Origin: Synechococcus sp. UW140
GTDB lineage: Bacteria > Cyanobacteriota > Cyanobacteriia > PCC-6307 > Cyanobiaceae
DNA length: 64,000 nt
NCBI GenBank assembly: GCA_945860085.1
Contig: CAMAPJ010000002.1
Coordinates: 30,520 to 94,519 of the forward strand
Direction of reading: 5' to 3'
Positions 27,105-36,487 of the stretch are shown one piece after another (positions within the stretch are counted from its first letter, which is position 1; the number at the start of each line of letters is the position of its first letter). A model generated the notes under the pieces. The model saw nothing but the letters and a program-made list of their open reading frames with translations, was not told where the DNA came from and made no database searches. The position numbers were made by a program, and so were the translations under genes.

Positions 27105-27893
27105 ATGGGGCGGTATCTGCTCACCCTGCGGCGCTTCTGGGCTACGGCCCTGGCGAGCCAGCTCGAATACCAGCTCAATCTGCTGATCGACCTAGTCGCC
27201 ATGGCAGGCAACCTGGCCGGCAGCCTGTTTGTACTCAGCCTGTTTTATGGACCTGGCCGCAGCCTGGGGGGTTGGAGCTGGGAGGCGGCCCTGGTGGTGC
27301 TGGGGACCTACACCGTCCTTGATGGCGTGGCCAGTTCCCTGCTGCGGCCCAACCTCAGTACGATCGTCGCCCACGTGCAGCAGGGCAGCCTCGATTTCAT
27401 CCTGCTCAAACCGATCGACAGTCAGTTCTGGCTGTCCTTTCGCACCTTCTCGCCCGCAGGGCTGCCGGAGATCGTCACGGGGCTGGGCCTAATCCTCTGG
27501 GCTGCCGTCAAGGCCGGCGCAGAGCTGAGCCCGGTTAGGTGTCTGGCGACGGGGCTGATGCTGGGCGCGAGCCTGGTGATCCTCTACAGCCTCTGGTTTG
27601 GCCTTGCGACCACCTCGATTTGGTTCGTCAAAACCTGGAATGCCACTGAGGTTCTCAGGGCTGCCCTGACGGCGGGCCGCTATCCGATCAGCGCCTACCC
27701 CCTGCGCCTGCGCAGCCTGCTCACGGTTGTGCTGCCTGTCGCCTTCCTCACCACCGTGCCGGCCGAGGCAATTTTGGGCCGGGCCAGCCTCAGCACCGGG
27801 GCTGCATCCCTGCTGATGGCCACGGTCTGCCTGCTGCTATGCCGGGGGTTCTGGGGCTTTGCCCTGCGCTTTTACACCTCGGCGTCCAGTTAA
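27105..27893 (+). CDS. ABC-2-type transporter permease (second subunit)
   Basis: Starts 3 nt after the previous stop. A multi-TM paralog of the preceding gene. Confidence 0.8.
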   Translation: MGRYLLTLRRFWATALASQLEYQLNLLIDLVAMAGNLAGSLFVLSLFYGPGRSLGGWSWEAALVVLGTYTVLDGVASSLLRPNLSTIVAHVQQGSLDFILLKPIDSQFWLSFRTFSPAGLPEIVTGLGLILWAAVKAGAELSPVRCLATGLMLGASLVILYSLWFGLATTSIWFVKTWNATEVLRAALTAGRYPISAYPLRLRSLLTVVLPVAFLTTVPAEAILGRASLSTGAASLLMATVCLLLCRGFWGFALRFYTSASS

Positions 27894-27992
27894 TCGCGCT
27901 GGTTTACGGAAGGAAACGGGGCGGGCTGCCTCTCGCATCACCGGCTCCAATGCCGGTGATGCGAGAGGCTAGTGCTACGACAAGCGCACTCC

Positions 27993-28430
27993 ATGCCTAA
28001 GACCCTGCGGGACCACCGCTCACCGCTAGTGAGCCTGCGCCCAGGCGGCAGCGATCCCAGTGACGCTGCAAACCCGAATCCCCCCGCTGGCGCTCAGGGC
28101 GAAGCGGCCGCTCGCCGCAATGGCTTTGGGGCGGGCTCCTCCAAGGGCTCCCCAAAAGCGGGCAAGGCGGGCGCCAAGGGCCGAAAGAAAAAGGGCAGTG
28201 GCCTCAGTGCCGCCGATCGGGGCCCCCTGGGCAAACACCCTGACCTCGAAGCAATCGTGGCCCGGCAACGGCTGCACCTGCCCCTCTCCGGTCGCCTAGG
28301 CGAAGCCGAAGTGACCCGGGCCTGGAAACTGGCCGCCGGCGAGCACCATCCCGACCGGGGCGGCCTGCACGACACCATGCAACTGATCAATGGCGCCCGC
28401 GACCTGCTGCTTGGCAGGGGCCTTGTTTGA
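27993..28430 (+). CDS. J-domain-containing protein with Gly/Lys-rich N-terminal region
   Basis: C-terminal TRAWKLAAGEHHPDRGGLHDTMQLINGARDLLLG contains the HPD motif. N-terminus is GSSKGSPKAGKAGAKGRKKKGSG. ATG at 27993, GTG at 27972. Confidence 0.6.
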   Translation: MPKTLRDHRSPLVSLRPGGSDPSDAANPNPPAGAQGEAAARRNGFGAGSSKGSPKAGKAGAKGRKKKGSGLSAADRGPLGKHPDLEAIVARQRLHLPLSGRLGEAEVTRAWKLAAGEHHPDRGGLHDTMQLINGARDLLLGRGLV

Positions 28431-28558
28431 CCGGCAAACTTGGCCCGCTCCTTGCAATACCTGACTAAACCAAGAGATTCAACTGGAATATTTGAATCAA
28501 AATAGATTATAGACCTCCCCACACGAAGCTTAGATTTGACGGGCTACAAAACCTAAAT

Positions 28559-30757
28559 CTAACGCAAAGCTTTGTGGATCTCCAGATTGGTTGGGAAGGG
28601 GATTTCGACCTTGTGGGCAGCAAAGGATTGAATCACGCCACGGTTGATGCGATCAAGTTGGTCGAGGAAGCCCGCAAAGCTACTCTGCTGAGATCTGTAA
28701 TCGAACACATAATCATAACTGAAAGACGAAATTGCCAGCAGTCGACAAGAGCGGAAGCTGGCCAATGGTTCCTGCTCGATGAGGTCCTTGATCAACAGCG
28801 GCACCAAGGAGAGCTGCTCCTCGGTGCAGTCATAGGACACACCTACAACCACTCGAGAGCGAATCACCTGATCAATGATCTCCTTGAGTCTCAACAGCAG
28901 TTGATCGCGAATAAGAAGGTAGCGACTCCAATCCGACAACTCGACTTCGCCATGGCAAATCAGCAGCAGATCGCTAGAATCACTGGTTTCGAGACTAACC
29001 AATGTGTTACTGAGTTCTGGCATATCAGCCAGATAGGCTTTGCTAAAGAAGAGCAGGTCATCCATTTGCTCAGGGCTGAGCTTGCCATCAATGGCCAGGC
29101 GCAAGTCCATGGCCTGGCGGGGTAGATCAGCAGAATTACCACTGCGCTTGGAGTAATTAATAATCGTTTCTTCATCGGCAATCGAGTTGGGAATGCTGAT
29201 CCGACTCTCCAGAGTTTCCAACTCAACTGAGCGCAAGCCGATTTTGCTGACAAAGCCCAGGTTGCTACCAATACGGCAAAATTCTCCAACCCGCAGGGGG
29301 CGATCACTCTGGATTGATAGGCCCGCGAAAAGATTGCCGAGCAACTTTGACGCCCCCAAGCCGATGGCCAAACCCGGCACGGCAGAAAAGGCCAAGACGG
29401 TGCTGGGAGGCAAACCAACCTTGATTAGCAATTGATAGAGCAGGGCCATGGCGGCTAGGGCCGCCAGCATGCGGCTGATCGGCATCACCAGGTTCGTGGT
29501 GCGCTTCAAATGCAAATCGCTATGACTACCCCTAAGAAGCAACAGCCAAATACTGATCGAATGGCCCAGGGATTCAAACAGCAAAAAGACCGAAGCCATG
29601 GCCAGGGTAAAGAAAATGACATATAGGATTTCCGTGATTACGAACAATGAGAGGCCCGTAATATTGATAGACTCGGTGATCAAACTGCCTAAGGTGGTGG
29701 TTAGGGGCAAGGTCACAAGCAACAGCAGCACCCTTGTCCAGGCTGTCTTGCAAATGATCGACTGGGTACCGCCTTGGATTGGCATCTTTACACGGGGTCC
29801 ATAGGAATGATGCAGCACCACCAGAATTTTGAGTAATAAAATGATGTAAACCGCACTGACCAGTACGGTTGCGGCAACCTGGAAAATAGTCTGATCAAAA
29901 AAACTTTTCTCCAGCAACTCCTTGCGCAACCAACCAGGAATTTTTAGGTACCAAAGAGGCGGCACCAGCCCGCCAGGAGTGAGGCTATATTTTTCGTAAA
30001 AATTGGGCGAGGCTAATTCCTGATTGGTATTAACTTTGGCGCCGAGTTGCTCGAAAATTCTTAAGATCTCAGGAATCGAATCCTTCGAAAAATAGTAATC
30101 TAAGTTAGACGATTGGCCCTTGACATGATCGGTGAGCTCAATGGAGGTGTCCGGCAGGGTCCAGGTTCCTTCGGCATGGAGCCGCACTTCATTGAGCTTT
30201 TTGATATCCCCTGGGTCGGGGAGATTAAGGGGGCTTTGACTATTATTAAACTCATAATCGAGAATCTGCTTGAGTTTCAGGCTGGCTTCATGGCCCATGT
30301 CATCTTGGATGCTTTCGGGGATGGCCGAAAGATCTAGGGATTTAATCGCCAAATCCCAGAGCTGATTGATAGCGCCAATGGCAAAGCGATCGTCTTTGGA
30401 CCAAAACCAGCCGGCCTGGTCTTGGGCGGAGGCCACCAAGCGGTCCTGCTCCTTCGAAACCTTCGCCATCACCACATAAAAGTTGAGAATCGTCTCCTTC
30501 GGGCTTTCCCCCAGAACATCGGTGATTGGGGTGTCATCCCAGGCCTTGGTCGTGGCTACCAGGTCGGGATAGAAGGGTTGTTGCTGCAGCGGAATCACAC
30601 CGCCATAGGAATGGTCCATCCGGCCGACTCGTGCCACAGGGGCAGGCGACTCCTTAGCCCCATGGGCTGCCGAGGGAGAGACCTGCAAGAGGGGCAGCAG
30701 GATCAGGCAACAGGCCGTCAGGGTGGCCCCCAGCGCCAATCGCCATCGCCGGCCCAT
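28559..30757 (-). CDS. Large mechanosensitive-channel (MscS-family) protein with signal peptide and long N-terminal extracytoplasmic domain
   Basis: MscS core is FSAVPGLAIGLGASKLLGNLFAGLSIQSDRPLRVGEFCRIGSNLGFVSKIGLRSVELETLESRISIPNS. The ATG at 30757 gives MGRRWRLALGATLTACCLILLPLL. The gene is visibly AT-richer than its neighbours. Confidence 0.85.
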   Translation of the reverse strand: MGRRWRLALGATLTACCLILLPLLQVSPSAAHGAKESPAPVARVGRMDHSYGGVIPLQQQPFYPDLVATTKAWDDTPITDVLGESPKETILNFYVVMAKVSKEQDRLVASAQDQAGWFWSKDDRFAIGAINQLWDLAIKSLDLSAIPESIQDDMGHEASLKLKQILDYEFNNSQSPLNLPDPGDIKKLNEVRLHAEGTWTLPDTSIELTDHVKGQSSNLDYYFSKDSIPEILRIFEQLGAKVNTNQELASPNFYEKYSLTPGGLVPPLWYLKIPGWLRKELLEKSFFDQTIFQVAATVLVSAVYIILLLKILVVLHHSYGPRVKMPIQGGTQSIICKTAWTRVLLLLVTLPLTTTLGSLITESINITGLSLFVITEILYVIFFTLAMASVFLLFESLGHSISIWLLLLRGSHSDLHLKRTTNLVMPISRMLAALAAMALLYQLLIKVGLPPSTVLAFSAVPGLAIGLGASKLLGNLFAGLSIQSDRPLRVGEFCRIGSNLGFVSKIGLRSVELETLESRISIPNSIADEETIINYSKRSGNSADLPRQAMDLRLAIDGKLSPEQMDDLLFFSKAYLADMPELSNTLVSLETSDSSDLLLICHGEVELSDWSRYLLIRDQLLLRLKEIIDQVIRSRVVVGVSYDCTEEQLSLVPLLIKDLIEQEPLASFRSCRLLAISSFSYDYVFDYRSQQSSFAGFLDQLDRINRGVIQSFAAHKVEIPFPTNLEIHKALR

Positions 30758-31040
30758 CCCCAAACCGACTAAGCCGCAACTGAATCGGAGGCGACGCTGG
30801 CCGAAGCGAAGACGGGAAGCGAAAGGATCTCTTGCGTCAACAGTCAAAGATGGCGCCCAAGTGCTCTGGGCATCCTGACAGCGATTGCGCCGCAGATTGG
30901 CTGCAAACCCAAAGTAATGGCTGGTTGCAAGAGAACGGCATTGTCAAGGGCGCTGGCCGATTCTGGGGAGCCGCACGGGCGCTGGCTCCTTGCAACCCTG
31001 GGACCTGGTAAAGGCTGATTTCGATACCGATCAAACGGGC

Positions 31041-31068
31041 AATCTCGAGCTCAATCTCGAGCTCAATC
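31041..31068. repeat. 12-nt tandem repeat aatctcgagctc (2.3 copies), internally palindromic
   Basis: aatctcgagctc aatctcgagctc aatc, followed by a C8 run. Lies in the intergenic region upstream of the MscS gene. Confidence 0.85.
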
Positions 31069-31255
31069 CCCCCCCAGCTCCATCCAGGATTGGATTGCGC
31101 ACCAGACAACGCCTGAACCTGTGGCCAAGCCCCCCTATCCACCGCCGCCGGCCCGGCCCGATTTTCCGCCGCCCGCACGGCCGCCCCGCCCTGGCGAGTT
31201 GGAGAGCCGATGGAGCTGACAAGCCCTGGGTGCAAATGCCAAGGCAATCCATTGA

Positions 31256-31915
31256 TCAAGAGCGGATACCCCTGGCGCCGCGACGGCCGCTGGCGGATGG
31301 TGTCAGCAAGGCCGCGAGCCGTTGCTCTTCAGCAGTACTGGGCAAACGCCATGCGCCGGCAGCCAATCCATCAAGGCTGAGGGGCGCACCTCCATCCATC
31401 AGATCGATCGCCACCCGCAGCAGGCGCAGGGTCGGCAGTCCCACCGCCGCCGTCATACGGCGCACCTGGCGGTTACGGCCTTCGCGCAGCTCCAGTTCCA
31501 GCCAGGCGGTGGGCACCTGCAGCCGGTGGCGGATCGGCGGCTGCCGCTCAGGGAAAGCAGCCGCTGCAAGCTCGCTGGCTTTAAGCGCCCGGGCGCGGGC
31601 TTTCAAGGTTGGCTGCCCCTGAATCAGTAGCCCCTGGCGCAGGGCGGAAAGGGCCTCCGCCGTGGGCGTTCCCTCCACCTGAACCCAGTAGCGGCGCCAG
31701 TGGCCCCAGGCCGGATCGGTGAGCCGGTGCTGCAGCCGGCCGTTGTCCGTTAACAGGAGCAGGCCTTCGCTATCAGCATCAAGGCGGCCGGCGGCATAAA
31801 CCTGGGTCTGGTCGATGTGGTCAGCCAGGCAACCCCAGCGGCTCCCCGCTTCGGCGGTGAACTGGCTGAGAACCCCATAGGGCTTATGGAATAGCAGGGT
31901 GGTCAGGAGCTCCAG
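31256..31915 (-). CDS. rluE: 16S/23S rRNA pseudouridine synthase, RluE/RsuA family (no S4 domain); non-canonical start or disrupted N-terminus
   Basis: The frame translated by hand from 31927 down reads IPGSLELLTTLLFHKPYGVLSQFTAEAGSRW...VYAAGRLDADSEGLLLLTDNGRLQHRLTDP...YWVQVEGTP...GRNRQVRRMTAAVGLPTLRLLRVAI. The ORF track lists only the C-terminal 140 aa, because no ATG/GTG/TTG occurs in the 83 codons after the in-frame TGA at 31928-31930. CTG at 31913-31915 and ATC at 31925-31927 are the only candidate starts. Confidence 0.7.
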   Translation of the reverse strand: MELLTTLLFHKPYGVLSQFTAEAGSRWGCLADHIDQTQVYAAGRLDADSEGLLLLTDNGRLQHRLTDPAWGHWRRYWVQVEGTPTAEALSALRQGLLIQGQPTLKARARALKASELAAAAFPERQPPIRHRLQVPTAWLELELREGRNRQVRRMTAAVGLPTLRLLRVAIDLMDGGAPLSLDGLAAGAWRLPSTAEEQRLAALLTPSASGRRGARGIRS

Positions 31916-32161
31916 GGATCCAGGGATTCAGGAAGCCTGGCGGGCCTTCCAAAGGTTGACCGCCCCGATGCAGATCAGTAACAGGCCCAAGTCCATCGTT
32001 AGCGGAGGCAGGGTCATGGGGGAGTGCCTAGGCCGGCACAGGGAGAATGGCGCGACCCTAGGAGCCAGAACCAGCTGGCGCGGATGGGTTTCTCCCACCT
32101 GGGCGGGATTGGCGCCACCTAAGGTGGATAGTGCAGTTCGAAATGGTCCTGGCGGCAGCGC

Positions 32162-32431
32162 ATGATCGAGACATCCGGCGTGATCGAGAAGGAGCAGGGC
32201 AACGGGTTCTACCTGGTGACGCTCGAGCAGCCGGCCGGTCACCAGTGCCTCTGCCGGGCAGCGGGCAAACTCACCAAATTCCGGATCAAGCTGCTAGCGG
32301 GCGACAAGGTGCTGGTGGAAATCAGCCCCTATGACCTGACCCGTGGCCGCATCACCTATCGGGAGCGCAATGCCGGTGCCACCGGTCCCCGTCCCGGCGG
32401 CAACAGGCCCGGTGGTCCCCGCCGCCGGTGA
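32162..32431 (+). CDS. infA: Translation initiation factor IF-1 with Gly/Pro/Arg-rich C-terminal tail
   Basis: MIETSGVIEKEQGNGFYLVTL...CRAAGKLTKFRIKLLAGDKVLVEISPYDLTRGRITYR. Confidence 0.93.
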   Translation: MIETSGVIEKEQGNGFYLVTLEQPAGHQCLCRAAGKLTKFRIKLLAGDKVLVEISPYDLTRGRITYRERNAGATGPRPGGNRPGGPRRR

Positions 32432-32613
32432 GCTGGGGCTGTTAGCAAGCAAGTTGATCCTGGAGAGGGGCTTTAGGTGCTTGGCCCAACCCCTCTCGAG
32501 CTCAAAGACAGACTCCCTGGGCCGATTCAGGCCCAAGTCCAGCCTTGTAGCGTTCAAACCCCGGCTCCGGCGCCCGCCCCATCCCCTGGAAATGGGCTAG
32601 GTCTGCGCCCGAG

Positions 32614-33990
32614 CTAGAGCAGGGCCTCAATCGCAGCCTTAAATTCGCTGCGTTGCTTGACGCCCCGGAACGACTGCTTGAGTTCCTTGCGGAAGAACAG
32701 TTGCACCGTGGGAGTGCCCGTCACCCCGGCCTGCTCGGCAATTGCCTGGTCAGCCTCGATATCAATTTCTACCCCTTGGGCGGCGCCGCCAAAGTCTTGG
32801 AGCACGCGCTTGAGCTGGGGTTTCAGCACATGGCAGGGCCCGCAACTAGGCGAGGAATAGACCACCAGCAGGGGCCGATCGCAATCGTGATAGAGCTTGC
32901 GCAGGGCATAGCCACCCTTCTGCCAGAGGGCTGAGGGGTCGTAGTTGGCCTCATCGCTGATCGCCGTGCGCAGCGGTTCGCCGGCGGGGGCGGGATCGAC
33001 CGGGTCGTGGCTGACGATGACGGCCAGGTTCTGGTGGGTTAGCCAGCGTTCCGCCGCCAGGGCCGCCTGACAACCACTGCCAGCGGCGGTAATGCCCTGG
33101 CGCCATTCGGAATCGGCCACATCGCCGGCGGCAAACACCCCTGCGGCGCTCGTTTCGGGCCGGCCGGGGCGCACCTGCACATAGCCATGGTCATCTAGGT
33201 CGAGTTGGCCGGCCACCAGGCCGGTATTGGGGGTGTGGCCGATCGCATAGAAGAGCCCCTTCACGGCCAGCGGCTCCTCCTTGCCGCTGATCGTGTCGCG
33301 CAGCTGGATCGCTTCGAGCCAGTCAACGCCGGCCACATCAACCAGATCCCGGTTCCAGTGGACGCTGATGGCGGGGTTGGCCAGCACCCGGTCGGCCATG
33401 GCCTTGCTAGCCCGCAGGGCCTCCCTGCGCACGATCAAATGGACGTGGCTGCCGTACTTGGTTAGATAGACCGCCTCTTCGCAGGCTGAATCACCGCCAC
33501 CGACCACGGCCAGTTCGGCGTTTCGGAATTGGGGAGTTGCACCATCGCAGATGGCGCAGGCGCTGATGCCCCGGCTCCAGAAGTCCTGTTCATGGGGCAG
33601 GCCGAGCCGGTTGGCACTGGCGCCAGTGGCCAGAATCAACGCCTGGGTTTCGATCACCTGGCCTTCGACGGTGATGCGATAGGGCCTCTGGCCCAGGTCA
33701 ATGGCGTCGGCATCGGCCTCGATCAGGCGCGTGCCCCAGCGCACGGCCTGGGCCTGGATCCGGTCCATCAGATCGGGGCCCAGGATCCCATCGGGGAAAC
33801 CGGGGAAATTCTCGACATCGGTGGTGGTCATCAGCTGCCCGCCGGCGATGCCGCCCGCCTGAAAGCCGGTGATCAACAGGGGACTGAGGTTGGCCCGGGC
33901 GGCGTAGATGGCGGCGGTATAGCCGGCAGGCCCCGATCCAACGATGACCAGGTTCTCCGGGGCTCCCTGGGGGGCAGCGGCTGGGGCCAT
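32614..33990 (-). CDS. NADPH-dependent thioredoxin reductase C (thioredoxin reductase fused to thioredoxin)
   Basis: [17 protein letters not shown] (FAD), CAICDG redox centre, [12 protein letters not shown] (NADPH), and a C-terminal thioredoxin domain with SPSCGPCH. Confidence 0.93.
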   Translation of the reverse strand: MAPAAAPQGAPENLVIVGSGPAGYTAAIYAARANLSPLLITGFQAGGIAGGQLMTTTDVENFPGFPDGILGPDLMDRIQAQAVRWGTRLIEADADAIDLGQRPYRITVEGQVIETQALILATGASANRLGLPHEQDFWSRGISACAICDGATPQFRNAELAVVGGGDSACEEAVYLTKYGSHVHLIVRREALRASKAMADRVLANPAISVHWNRDLVDVAGVDWLEAIQLRDTISGKEEPLAVKGLFYAIGHTPNTGLVAGQLDLDDHGYVQVRPGRPETSAAGVFAAGDVADSEWRQGITAAGSGCQAALAAERWLTHQNLAVIVSHDPVDPAPAGEPLRTAISDEANYDPSALWQKGGYALRKLYHDCDRPLLVVYSSPSCGPCHVLKPQLKRVLQDFGGAAQGVEIDIEADQAIAEQAGVTGTPTVQLFFRKELKQSFRGVKQRSEFKAAIEALL

Positions 33991-34097
33991 CGAATTTAAG
34001 CGGACTCACTTCGCTTTGAATCTAGGCCCCTTTGGCTGGGAGCTGGGGCTACGGGCCTAGGGCACAGGAATAGGGCGCAAGCCCAACGAGGTCAGGA

Positions 34098-34115
34098 CGT
34101 GGGCTGCAGCCCACG
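34098..34115. repeat. Perfect 18-nt palindrome CGTGGGCTGCAGCCCACG
   Basis: Read directly. Lies between the 34215 gene end and the NTRC start. Confidence 0.9.
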
Positions 34116-34147
34116 AGTTCCTGCCAGCCTCCCAAGCCCGAGACCAT

Positions 34148-34183
34148 GAACTGCAACCAATCCGTGAACTGCAACTAATCCGT
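34148..34183. repeat. 18-nt tandem direct repeat (gaactgcaacYaatccgt x2)
   Basis: 34148-34165 and 34166-34183 differ at one position. Confidence 0.9.
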
Positions 34184-34214
34184 CGCCAAGGTGGCACAAA
34201 TCCGAAGAAATACT

Positions 34215-34457
34215 TTAGATTCCGAACCGTCCGTCCGTTTCCCTGCTGCGCCAGTCCAGCAGCCCATCGCTTGGAGGTGCTTCGTTGAAGCGATCCGCCA
34301 AAGGAGCCTTGGGAACCATCAACACCGTTTCAGCGAGAAGCTCCGGCTGGTCATCCAGGCACAGGATCCACTCGCGAAACTCCTGGGTAAGGGCATAGCT
34401 GTCCTCATAGCGCTCGCGGGAGTCAAGATTGGCGATACGTGCTACGGACCAGTTCAT
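34215..34457 (-). CDS. Small hypothetical protein (80 aa)
   Basis: The ATG at 34457 gives MNWSVARIANLDSRERYEDSYALTQEFREWILCLDDQPELLAETVLMVPKAPLADRF.... Protein-like composition, and GC lower than the surroundings. Confidence 0.4.
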   Translation of the reverse strand: MNWSVARIANLDSRERYEDSYALTQEFREWILCLDDQPELLAETVLMVPKAPLADRFNEAPPSDGLLDWRSRETDGRFGI

Positions 34458-34590
34458 CGCCACTGAAAGGCGCCGTTGGATCGAACCGTGCATGATTCAG
34501 CTCCGTTAGGGAGCCACGCTGGTCGACGCGAGGTCGGGCCAGGGTGGCAGGTTCGCAGAAGTTCGCATTTTTTTCGGATCCAGACTGTAT

Positions 34591-36156
34591 TCAGGGCTGC
34601 AGCAGAAAGCTCGGTAGCTGGGGCCCTCGCAGCCGAATCAACTCGCCAGCCCCCTCAGCCATCGCCTCCAAGGGCAGCCCAGGCGCCCGTCCCCAGCCCT
34701 GGGCAGCGACCGCTTCCGCCGGCCCCGGCCGGCTGCGCAGCAGGTAAGGCTCACTGATCGACCAGTTGCGGGCGTATTGGATCAGCAGCGGATCAGCCGG
34801 CGCAAACACATAGGAGGGGTGGCGGGGCACCGATTCCAGCTGGCTGCGCTCGCCATCGATGCGAACCGCCCGGGTGATCGCCTGGACGAAACGGCTGCGG
34901 GTCACCACTGTCGTCAGATAGGCCACGACCCGAAGCCGCGGCGCATCAAAGCCCTCCGAAGCCATGTCGATGCTCACCAGCCAGTCGGCGCGGCCGTTCT
35001 GGAAATCGGCCAGCCGGCTAGCCGCCTCCGGATCCTGGGAATGGACCAGCAGCACCTGATCCCCCTGTTCGACCAACAGCAGGCCCAGGCTGCGGGCGTG
35101 GGCGATATCGCGGGCAATCACGATGCCGCCAGCCCCCGGATGGTGACGCCGCACCAGCTCGAGCCGCTTGCGGGCATTGAGCAACACCCGCAGGGCAATG
35201 CTGCTGGCATCACCAAGGCGAATCGCCCGACGCAGGTTGCGGGCCCGCCAGCTCTCGCGCCCTTCGGCCGAGAGCGGCGAGCGTTCCAGTTCGGGATTGG
35301 TGCCCTCCTGGCGGCCGTGGTCGATCCAGCCATCTTGAAAGCGAAATTCCAGGGGGCGCACATCGCCGGCGGCAATCAGCTGGCGGGGCTCAACGCTCAG
35401 GTCCGGCGCGATCAGCTCAACCCGTTCACCCGCCTCCTCCACCTGGATGCGGCGGGCGGAGCAAAAACCCAGCTTGTCGGCCCGGAAGGGAGTGCCGGTC
35501 AAGCCCAGTCGCAGGCTGGCCCCGGCGGTGAGGCTGCTGAAGGTTTGGCCCCAGGCACTGGCCTCCGGTTCCTCCGGATCGAGACCCAGGTGATGCACCT
35601 CATCGGCAATCGCCATCCAGGCGCCCAGCTCAGCACTAGCGAGGTGCTCCTGCAGGACTGCGAGATTGCGGCTGGCCGCCTGGTAAGTGAGCAGCAGGCC
35701 CTGACTAGCGGCGGGACCATCTCTAGGGCCTTCTCTGGGACCTTCTCTGGGACCATTCCTGGGACTGTTTCCAGGACCATCCCTGAGGGCATCCCTGGGG
35801 CCAGCGACGGTGCTGCCGGCTGAGAGAGGCCAGGGGCTGGCGGGGTCCCAGTCCCGCAGCTCCAACCCCAGACGGCAGGCGGCCTGACGCCATTGGCTAG
35901 CGATCGAGCTGCGATGGGTGAACACCACAAACCGGGCAATCCGCCCATCGGCGGCTAAGGCCTGATACCCAAGCAGGGCTCCGAGGGTTTTGCCGGCACC
36001 GGGGCCGGCATGAATCAGCACGTCCTGGCCGCCGGGCTCCTGACGGTCCAGACGGCGGCGCAGCAACTGGATGAGCTGGCTCTGCCATTGGCGCGGGCGG
36101 GGGGGCATCGCCGCCTGGGCGGGCCCAGAAGCCAGGGTGAAGGACGGTGCTGCCAT
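34591..36156 (-). CDS. Superfamily-2 DEAD/DEAH-box (type III restriction Res-like) helicase
   Basis: Walker A HAGPGAGKTLGAL, DEVH box IADEVHHLG, motif III LGLTGTPFR, and C-terminal helicase lobe (GGIVIARDIAHA..., MASEGFDAPRL..., QAITRAVR). ATG at 36156. Confidence 0.8.
   Translation of the reverse strand: MAAPSFTLASGPAQAAMPPRPRQWQSQLIQLLRRRLDRQEPGGQDVLIHAGPGAGKTLGALLGYQALAADGRIARFVVFTHRSSIASQWRQAACRLGLELRDWDPASPWPLSAGSTVAGPRDALRDGPGNSPRNGPREGPREGPRDGPAASQGLLLTYQAASRNLAVLQEHLASAELGAWMAIADEVHHLGLDPEEPEASAWGQTFSSLTAGASLRLGLTGTPFRADKLGFCSARRIQVEEAGERVELIAPDLSVEPRQLIAAGDVRPLEFRFQDGWIDHGRQEGTNPELERSPLSAEGRESWRARNLRRAIRLGDASSIALRVLLNARKRLELVRRHHPGAGGIVIARDIAHARSLGLLLVEQGDQVLLVHSQDPEAASRLADFQNGRADWLVSIDMASEGFDAPRLRVVAYLTTVVTRSRFVQAITRAVRIDGERSQLESVPRHPSYVFAPADPLLIQYARNWSISEPYLLRSRPGPAEAVAAQGWGRAPGLPLEAMAEGAGELIRLRGPQLPSFLLQP
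35713..35800. repeat. Degenerate tandem 12-15-nt repeat inside the helicase gene, encoding GPR(D/E)GP-type repeats
   Basis: The plus strand reads ggaccatctctag ggccttctctg ggaccttctctg ggaccattcctg ggactgtttccag gaccatccctgag. It encodes RDALRDGPGNSPRNGPREGPREGPRDGP between helicase motifs I and II. Confidence 0.85.
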
Positions 36157-36310
36157 GGCGCCATTGTGTCGCTGGCAGCCCCTGGACATCCGGGCCGCTA
36201 ATCGGACCCGGAAGCGCAGCATTCAATGGGTGTTTCGGCCCATTCCCATTCCAGCCAGCGTATCTAGCTTCCGTCCATCAGCCTATTTCAGGGCAATACC
36301 GAACCGGCCC

Positions 36311-36487
36311 ATGGATCCCTGTTTCCCCTTCTCCTTGGCCGTAGGCCATTGGCGGGAGCGCTTCGAGCTCGCTTGGGACAAAGAATGCGATATCGATCCG
36401 ATCATCCTGCGGACCCGCTTGCTGCGTTTGCAGGGTCGCTGGCAGCAGGCCCGCTGCCTCGATCAGGAGTTGTTGCCCTATTTCTGA
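36311..36487 (+). CDS. Possible small ORF (58 aa), unknown function
   Basis: MDPCFPFSLAVGHWRERFELAWDKECDIDPIILRTRLLRLQGRWQQARCLDQELLPYF. Protein-like composition, but no other support. Confidence 0.2.
   Translation: MDPCFPFSLAVGHWRERFELAWDKECDIDPIILRTRLLRLQGRWQQARCLDQELLPYF

Noticed and set aside
30990-31622. 210-aa plus-strand ORF
   Set aside because: Antisense to rluE and Arg/Pro/Ser-rich. The rluE frame carries the conserved pseudouridine synthase motifs.
31928-32242. 104-aa minus-strand ORF upstream of rluE as a genuine protein
   Set aside because: Most of it is antisense to infA and its upstream region, with poor composition. Only the last ~29 codons (a hydrophobic helix) are noteworthy, and only because they are in frame with rluE (see finding). 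Selenocysteine at the TGA was also considered and dropped, because I can identify no SECIS-like evidence.
34777-35823. 348-aa plus-strand ORF
   Set aside because: Antisense to the SF2 helicase, which has clear Walker A/DEVH motifs. The translation is low-complexity (Gly/Ala/Gln/Pro-rich) with no motifs.
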